Of a stretch of DNA of 64,000 nucleotides, positions 58,347 to 64,000 are shown in pieces. Below the pieces are notes generated by a model that worked only from the letters and a program-made list of their open reading frames with translations, was not told where the DNA came from and ran no database searches. The DNA comes from Bacteroidia bacterium (GTDB lineage Bacteria > Bacteroidota > Bacteroidia > NS11-12g > UBA9320), in assembly GCA_965216465.1 (NCBI GenBank), contig CBDCFW010000002.1:1-64000 (forward strand), written 5' to 3'. Within the stretch, counting starts at the first letter, position 1; the number at the start of each line of letters is the position of its first letter. A program made the translations under genes and the position numbers.

Positions 58347-58972
58347 GGGTGAGTTTAGAAGGGAGTTTAGTTATTATGTGCTTAGTATTATTGAGCGGAT
58401 GTAAGCTCTTGCAGACTAACCAACAAAAGATTGATACGCTTGATCTTCGCCCAAACTATCAAATTAATTACAATATTGCACAAGGTGGTGAACGCTATCA
58501 ATTCATTGTAGATCTTATTGAGATGAATCCTTATCGAACGTTTAAGTTTACAATGACCAATAGCAATGAAACGTCTGCTCTGATTGCAATTACTCCTAAG
58601 GCACTAGATTCTGGTGATATTGAAAAGAACTACTTCCCCAATTATTCAGACACTTTAAATGATAATACCTTAACGGTGTGGTTTAGCCGGAAAATGTTCG
58701 AGACCATAATTAATAACGACACGGCAATATTTAATGGTAATTATAGAGGATTTGGAAGCAAGAAGACAAAGTTTTATAACAATGGAACGGAGTTGTATCA
58801 TTATGAGCTAAATGGAGTACCTCAAACCATTGAAGTAATTCATGTGAAAGAAGCCAACCGAGGAGGGAAGCAATTTTGGGTACTTAATAATCCAGAGAAT
58901 CCCTTGATAGTGAAAATGAATGTGGGTTGGGAGATCTGGCTGAAAGAAGTGAATCACAATTATGATGACTAA
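58340..58972 (+). CDS. hypothetical lipoprotein
   Basis: Lipobox LSGC; WVLNNPENPLIVKM; overlaps the caspase stop. Start is uncertain (58340 or 58376). Confidence 0.7.
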   Translation: MVRVSLEGSLVIMCLVLLSGCKLLQTNQQKIDTLDLRPNYQINYNIAQGGERYQFIVDLIEMNPYRTFKFTMTNSNETSALIAITPKALDSGDIEKNYFPNYSDTLNDNTLTVWFSRKMFETIINNDTAIFNGNYRGFGSKKTKFYNNGTELYHYELNGVPQTIEVIHVKEANRGGKQFWVLNNPENPLIVKMNVGWEIWLKEVNHNYDD

Positions 58973-58989
58973 ACCAAAGGGTATTTAAA

Positions 58990-59874
58990 ATGAACAGAAA
59001 AGAATTTATCGTAAAATCTGCCGGAACGGTAGCAGCTTTAACCCTTAGTAAGTGGATTCATGCACAGCAAATTGAATCTCCGACTGAAGGAGGCTTCTTG
59101 TTTTTTTACAAACATGTAAAGGAAACTAAAAACGGATCTGTTTTTGATGTTCAATACTTCTTTGAAATTTCAGATTCCCTTAAGAACTGTGAAGAAGGAG
59201 TGATTAAGCTACGTGTATCACAACTCCCTGAGGGGATTTCAGATGAAAGCTTGAGCCAAGTTGCAATCTATACAGCACAAATGAAGAAGTGCAAGCCCGA
59301 AGGAGAATTCCCAGTTTATGCCTCGATCAAATGTAAAAAATGGGACTTACAAGAGGGGCCGAACCTTTTACAATTCACCTCGATAGACAAAAGCCTGAAA
59401 AGAAAGTTTATTCTTGAGTTGTCGAGAAGAGGAGATACAAATTACTTGGAGTTAAAACGTAAGAAAAAGTCCTTGCTGTATGCAGAAGAATATGAAATCG
59501 CACCAGAGAGTAGCGGCTCAGATGATGGATGTTACCTAACGACTATTTGTGTTGAACACTTACGTAAGCCAGATGATTGCTATGAGTTAAATACACTACG
59601 TAGGTTTAGAGACGAGTATGTCAGCAAATTTGAAAATGGTGAATGGGTTAAAAAGTACTATGAAATTGCTCCAGGAATTGTAGAATTCATCAGAAAGCAA
59701 AAGCACGCAGAAAACATTTTAAGCCTGATGTATAATGACTTGGTTTTGCACACAATTCAACGAATAGAACGAAACGATTTAAAAGGTGCAATGGATTATT
59801 ATATGGATTATTCTATGACTTTAAGTGGGCTGATATCCGACAAAACTGCTCTTATAAGTGATTCTTATGATTAG
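58990..59874 (+). CDS. exported protein with Tat-like leader and C-terminal CFI-box-CTERM-like domain
   Basis: MNRKEFI leader; GSDDGCYLTTIC......DDCYELNTLRRFRD.Y......WVKKYYEIAP.IV. Confidence 0.7.
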   Translation: MNRKEFIVKSAGTVAALTLSKWIHAQQIESPTEGGFLFFYKHVKETKNGSVFDVQYFFEISDSLKNCEEGVIKLRVSQLPEGISDESLSQVAIYTAQMKKCKPEGEFPVYASIKCKKWDLQEGPNLLQFTSIDKSLKRKFILELSRRGDTNYLELKRKKKSLLYAEEYEIAPESSGSDDGCYLTTICVEHLRKPDDCYELNTLRRFRDEYVSKFENGEWVKKYYEIAPGIVEFIRKQKHAENILSLMYNDLVLHTIQRIERNDLKGAMDYYMDYSMTLSGLISDKTALISDSYD

Positions 59875-59992
59875 CAGTTTTAAGATGAATTGGTAGGATT
59901 CTGAGCCATCTAATTGTGTCAGCCATGTTGTGCCCATTCTATTCTGAAATAAAGCTTGTTCAAAACCAAAAGGAAATTGTTAATTTGCACCT

Positions 59993-61102
59993 ATGTCAAC
60001 AGAGAGCACATCACTTAAGCGAACTTCGCTTTACAATAAGCACATCGAGCTAGGAGCTAAAATGGTTCCATTTGCAGGTTACGAAATGCCCGTTCAATAT
60101 GAAGGCTTGACCCCAGAACATCATGCAGTTAGAGATTCTGTAGGAATGTTTGATGTTAGTCACATGGGTGAATTTGGCGTAAAGGGTAAAGATGCTGAAG
60201 CATTAGTTGCTTGGATTTGTTCAAACAACATAAGCAAAGTTGTTGATATGCAGGCACAATACAACTGCATGCCAAATGATGAAGGAGGTATTGTTGATGA
60301 CCTAATCGTTTACCGATGGAATCAGGAAGAGTACACCTTAGTTGTTAATGCAAGCAATATTGAAAAAGACTGGAATTGGATTCAAAAAAAGAAAGAAGAA
60401 AAAGGATTCGAATGTCAGCTTGAAAATATGTCTGAAGATGTGTCGTTAATTGCTGTTCAAGGTCCAAATGCGATTAAAGTAGTACAGAAATTAACTGAAA
60501 TCGATTTATCTGCAATAAAATTCTATCACTTTGCCGCTGGAGCATTAGGAGGAAGTAACGATGTCGTTATATCAAATACAGGTTATACCGGTTCTGGAGG
60601 ATTTGAACTTTATGTTTGGAACAAAGAGGCTGAAATGATTTGGGATGCATTGGTTGAAGCTGGTGACGAATTTAACATCAAACCATGTGGTCTTGGAGCA
60701 AGAGACACACTGCGCTTAGAAAAAGGATACTGCCTATACGGCAACGATATTGATGATACCACTTCTCCAATAGAAGCAGGATTGGGTTGGATTACCAAAT
60801 TTGCTGAACCTTTTAATAATCAAGCTTACCACAAAGACTTAAAAGAGAATGGTGTAAGCCGAAAACTTGTTGGATTTGAAATGATTGATAGAGGCATTCC
60901 TCGTCAGCATTATGAATTGGTTGACGGTGAAGGAAATGTGATTGGAGAAGTTACTAGTGGAACGCAAAGCCCTAGTCTTGGAAAGGCCATAGGTATGGGT
61001 TATGTGAAGCCTGAATTTACTGCCGTTGATACGGAGATTTTTGTTCAGGTTCGTAAAAAACAACTGAAAGCCAAAGTGGTTAAAATTCCATTTCTCTCTT
61101 AA
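59993..61102 (+). CDS. gcvT: glycine cleavage system aminomethyltransferase T
   Basis: GAKMVPFAGYEMPVQY, FDVSHMGE, QGP, TGYTG.GGFE, GLGARDTLRLE.G. Confidence 0.97.
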   Translation: MSTESTSLKRTSLYNKHIELGAKMVPFAGYEMPVQYEGLTPEHHAVRDSVGMFDVSHMGEFGVKGKDAEALVAWICSNNISKVVDMQAQYNCMPNDEGGIVDDLIVYRWNQEEYTLVVNASNIEKDWNWIQKKKEEKGFECQLENMSEDVSLIAVQGPNAIKVVQKLTEIDLSAIKFYHFAAGALGGSNDVVISNTGYTGSGGFELYVWNKEAEMIWDALVEAGDEFNIKPCGLGARDTLRLEKGYCLYGNDIDDTTSPIEAGLGWITKFAEPFNNQAYHKDLKENGVSRKLVGFEMIDRGIPRQHYELVDGEGNVIGEVTSGTQSPSLGKAIGMGYVKPEFTAVDTEIFVQVRKKQLKAKVVKIPFLS

Positions 61103-61104
61103 GT

Positions 61105-62091
61105 TTGAGATCTCTTCTTGGAATACTATGCTTATTTATTCTTATTGATTCTGCACGGAGTCAAAACGATAGTATACATTTAGTTTTTGGATATGCTGAC
61201 AGCACAGAAATTGCAGTTGAGGTATTATCCGACAATCCAGATCTTGAACCTAAATCAATAGTACTTGCTGGACTTGGCAGCATTGGGAGTGCAGAAAGTG
61301 GTGCACTTGCCACACAGCTCGAATTTCGTCAAGTACTTGGTCAATATTTAAGTTTTGATGCACGATGGGCTGGAACAATTCAAGACGCTAGTAAGGATTT
61401 AAAAAGTTCTATCGATCTTATTGCTCATTTAGCCTTATTTAACATGCAATCTAAAGCTCCCATGAGTATTAAGCTGTTAGATGTTAAAGTAGAGGATGAT
61501 AAAAGAACCTACAAGCAACCATTCTATGCCCAACATCCTTTTCAAGTTAGGCACGATGTGAGAATGGATTTCGGAATATCGGTTGTGAGTGATCGATCAA
61601 AACACCATTTTAATACCATTAATGCTAAACAAAGCTTTTATACAGGTTCGAGCTTCAATAACACAAACGCTTTATTAGGCTTAAGTTATTCGAGAACAAG
61701 AAGGGTGAAGCTAAAGATCAATGGATTGAAAGAAAGTGATTACTATGGGAAACTAAACATAGGTGCCCATGCAGCTTATAATCTTTCTAACTCTGCAACA
61801 TTTAGTTTGTGTGCTTTTAATACGGATACAATTTGCATAGCACAAAACCTCGATGAAATTGAGTCTTTGGACCTGTATAAATTAGGTTATGGATTTGATG
61901 TAGGATACACCTTTTTAACAGCTAAGCCAAAATGGGTTATGTCGTTTGAGTTTAAAGGCAGATTTATTCCTGCATATTTTGGCGATGCTCATTTCTATGA
62001 CGATAATGCCTATGAACTAATTGAAGATTATAAGTTTGGTTCTAGTATTTGGGTAATGCCTTCCATATCAGTTGGGTACATACTTAATTAG
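61105..62091 (+). CDS. hypothetical exported/outer-membrane protein
   Basis: TTG start right after gcvT; signal peptide (ARS-Q); beta-rich; ends PSISVGYILN. Confidence 0.6.
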   Translation: MRSLLGILCLFILIDSARSQNDSIHLVFGYADSTEIAVEVLSDNPDLEPKSIVLAGLGSIGSAESGALATQLEFRQVLGQYLSFDARWAGTIQDASKDLKSSIDLIAHLALFNMQSKAPMSIKLLDVKVEDDKRTYKQPFYAQHPFQVRHDVRMDFGISVVSDRSKHHFNTINAKQSFYTGSSFNNTNALLGLSYSRTRRVKLKINGLKESDYYGKLNIGAHAAYNLSNSATFSLCAFNTDTICIAQNLDEIESLDLYKLGYGFDVGYTFLTAKPKWVMSFEFKGRFIPAYFGDAHFYDDNAYELIEDYKFGSSIWVMPSISVGYILN

Positions 62092-62135
62092 CAATATAAA
62101 TCCATTCTAAAGACATGATTTTATAACTTCGTCGC

Positions 62136-62645
62136 ATGGCGAAAGAATTGTTTGAGGTACGATTACGATTCAAGAAGTTATCTCCAGAAACACCGGAACA
62201 AATAGTAGAGAAAGTTAAGGGCATCCTGGCTCAGAATCAAGATAAGATTGTTGGAAGGATAACACACAATCACATTCGAATTAGAATAGCCGAAAAGGAT
62301 CGCCACTTTTGGTCTCCCCAATTATCACTCAATCTCGAAGAAACAGGATTAGGTACTGAGATTAGGGGTCTATATGGGCCTAAACCTGATATTTGGCTAG
62401 GTTACATGTTTACTTACTTCTTTCTAGGTTTTGTGACACTGGCCGTTTCAGTGGTTGGATTCTCACGCTATAACTTGGGGATGTCTTCTTATATCTTGTG
62501 GGCGATTCCTTTTATTCTGGGCGGGGTTTTTGTACTATGGATAACGAGCAGAACAGGTCAAAGGCTAGGTAAAGATGAAACACATCTTATTCATAATCTT
62601 ATCAAACCAGAAATACTTGCTCAAGCAAAAGACATTGAAGACTAA
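62136..62645 (+). CDS. hypothetical membrane protein
   Basis: RHFWSPQL...GLYGPKP..W motif; two TM helices; GQRLG. Confidence 0.75.
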   Translation: MAKELFEVRLRFKKLSPETPEQIVEKVKGILAQNQDKIVGRITHNHIRIRIAEKDRHFWSPQLSLNLEETGLGTEIRGLYGPKPDIWLGYMFTYFFLGFVTLAVSVVGFSRYNLGMSSYILWAIPFILGGVFVLWITSRTGQRLGKDETHLIHNLIKPEILAQAKDIED

Positions 62646-62680
62646 AGCTTAAAAATTGTGTGGAATAAACTAAGGCTAAT

Positions 62681-62688
62681 TACCTTTG
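62681..62688 (+). promoter_or_regulatory. -7 promoter box (TACCTTTG) of yqeY
   Basis: Exact TAnnTTTG only 4 nt before ATG 62693. Confidence 0.65.
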
Positions 62689-62692
62689 TGCC

Positions 62693-63139
62693 ATGAGTCT
62701 TTCAGAACAAATATCAGATCAGCTTAAAACCGCCATGAAGGCTAAAGATCAAGCTGCACTACGTGCTTTAAGAGCAATAAAGTCTGCACTTCTGCTTTTG
62801 CAAACGCAAGAAGGAAATAAGGAGGTTACCCCTCAAGATGAAGTTGCAGCATTGGTTAAGATGGCGAAACAACGCAAAGACTCCATTAAAATTTATCTGG
62901 AACAGAATAGAGAAGATTTAGCTACTACAGAACAAGAAGAGCTGGAGGTTATAGAACGTTTTCTTCCTAAACAACTAAGTGAAGCGGAGGTAGAAGCAGA
63001 GGTGTCAGCCATCATCGCTCAAACTGGAGCTGAAGGTATGAAAGATATGGGTAAGGTAATGGGTGTAGCATCAGGCAAACTAAAAGGTAAAGCTGAAGGA
63101 AAGATGATTGCTGACGTTGTAAAACGAATGCTAGCTTAA
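62693..63139 (+). CDS. yqeY: GatB/YqeY domain protein
   Basis: LK.AMKAKD...L.ALR.IKS, KQRKDS, E..VIE.FLP.QL, KDMGKVMG. Confidence 0.93.
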   Translation: MSLSEQISDQLKTAMKAKDQAALRALRAIKSALLLLQTQEGNKEVTPQDEVAALVKMAKQRKDSIKIYLEQNREDLATTEQEELEVIERFLPKQLSEAEVEAEVSAIIAQTGAEGMKDMGKVMGVASGKLKGKAEGKMIADVVKRMLA

Positions 63140-64000
63140 AATAGCTCGGAGGTCATCAAAGACCTCATAATTCCTGGCGTAAAGCTTATTCAAGTTGTCT
63201 TGAAACTGAGGAGACGACTGTTTTAACATGTAATTTGTTGTAATTACTCCAGGTCGCAAGCTTGGTAGGTCCTCTAAATTATCTCCGGCATATCCAACCC
63301 ATGTTTTGGCTCCGAACATCACATTAAAGATGTTAAGTATTAATTTGTTTTTGGCTGGTATAAAGAATAGTACAGGAGTGAGGCATAATACCACTAGAGA
63401 CGCAATGATATCGAAACCTCTTTTACGTCTTCGGTACTCGCTTTTAGATAAATTCAGTTCAATTTGTTCTCCAAAGTACAAGCCGTTGGCATTTTTGCTC
63501 TGGCTTCCGATAACAAAATCGCTGTTAGCGGGTATGGTAAAATAATTTACTCCTGAACCAATTTTATTCATGTATTGGAGCGTTTGTGCAGTGCTTACAA
63601 AATCTCCACTGAAAATTATTTCGTTGATGTTGTATATCTTAACAATCTCCTCAAGCTGATTTAACTGCCCAAGCCAATTAGCATCATCAGACTTTTCATC
63701 GAACACGAAACCTATTTGCTGGTAGTTTTTGCCTGTCGACTTTAAGATATCAGTGACCATTGACCACTTCTTTGGAGAGCCGACTAAGATGCTTTTTGTT
63801 GAGCTTCTTTGGCTGAAATCAAAGGTTCTATACTTGATAAAGTGATAAATAAATCGCTCAATAAGCAATGTTGCAGTAACCACTAGGGTTCCAAAAAGTA
63901 TTATACCCCGACTGAAATGCAATTCGTTGGGAAGCAATCCATAAATGGTTACAATCAAAATTGTTCCTATTGCTATTCCGCGAAAGAGTTTACTGAAGTT
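63131..64000 (-). CDS. C-terminal part of a glycosyltransferase/sugar-transferase-like protein (truncated by window end)
   Basis: Frame is open to nt 64000 (NFSKLFRGIAIGTIL...). TM helices, Rossmann-like ILVG...INEIIF, KRGFDI, G.KTWVGY, L.PG, YARNY...DL. Confidence 0.7.
   Translation of the reverse strand, partial: NFSKLFRGIAIGTILIVTIYGLLPNELHFSRGIILFGTLVVTATLLIERFIYHFIKYRTFDFSQRSSTKSILVGSPKKWSMVTDILKSTGKNYQQIGFVFDEKSDDANWLGQLNQLEEIVKIYNINEIIFSGDFVSTAQTLQYMNKIGSGVNYFTIPANSDFVIGSQSKNANGLYFGEQIELNLSKSEYRRRKRGFDIIASLVVLCLTPVLFFIPAKNKLILNIFNVMFGAKTWVGYAGDNLEDLPSLRPGVITTNYMLKQSSPQFQDNLNKLYARNYEVFDDLRAILS

Noticed and set aside
278-63545. Numerous 60-106 aa ORFs antisense to or nested in long genes (e.g. 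8785-9099, 28731-29021, 37648-37947, 56428-56748)
   Set aside because: They are shadow frames of well-supported genes, with no motifs or independent expression signals.
1-64000. CRISPR arrays, tandem repeats, IS elements, prophage genes, selenocysteine or stop-codon recoding
   Set aside because: I saw no regularly spaced repeats, transposase/integrase/phage ORFs or in-frame stops within conserved domains. The only broken gene is the frameshift near 40765.

Overview
AT-rich chromosomal window from a Bacteroidota (Bacteroidetes) bacterium, inferred from TAnnTTTG -7 promoter boxes, no obvious Shine-Dalgarno motifs and typical gene families. It is densely coding, and I found no rRNA, tRNA, CRISPR array or mobile element. 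In order it contains: the 3' end of a beta-carbonic anhydrase, CAP and bestrophin genes; a MoxR/DUF58/DUF4350/DUF4129/SpoIIM/RDD cluster; nhaC; a complete clade II (Sec-type) nitrous-oxide reductase cluster (rrf2, cytochrome c, fasciclin, nosZ, nosB, nosL, a NosL/beta-barrel fusion, nosDFY); a DEAD-box helicase and biotin carboxylase; ccmBCDEF; comA with a TPR gene, an M1 peptidase, radC and rpsT; a flippase and acyltransferase; a frameshifted Omp28-like lipoprotein; glyS and a CDF transporter; an HTH regulator facing an exported protein/desaturase/GNAT operon; oxyR, sucB and menD; a secreted WD40-caspase operon; gcvT, yqeY and a truncated glycosyltransferase. The best novelty candidates are (1) a His/Met-rich NosL-outer-membrane-barrel fusion inside the nos operon, possibly a copper-entry route for NosZ, with two palindromic operator candidates at the nos promoter; (2) the regulator/desaturase/GNAT module, possibly a lipid-signal system; and (3) the extracytoplasmic caspase operon. 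All family calls come from motif recognition by eye, not database searches.
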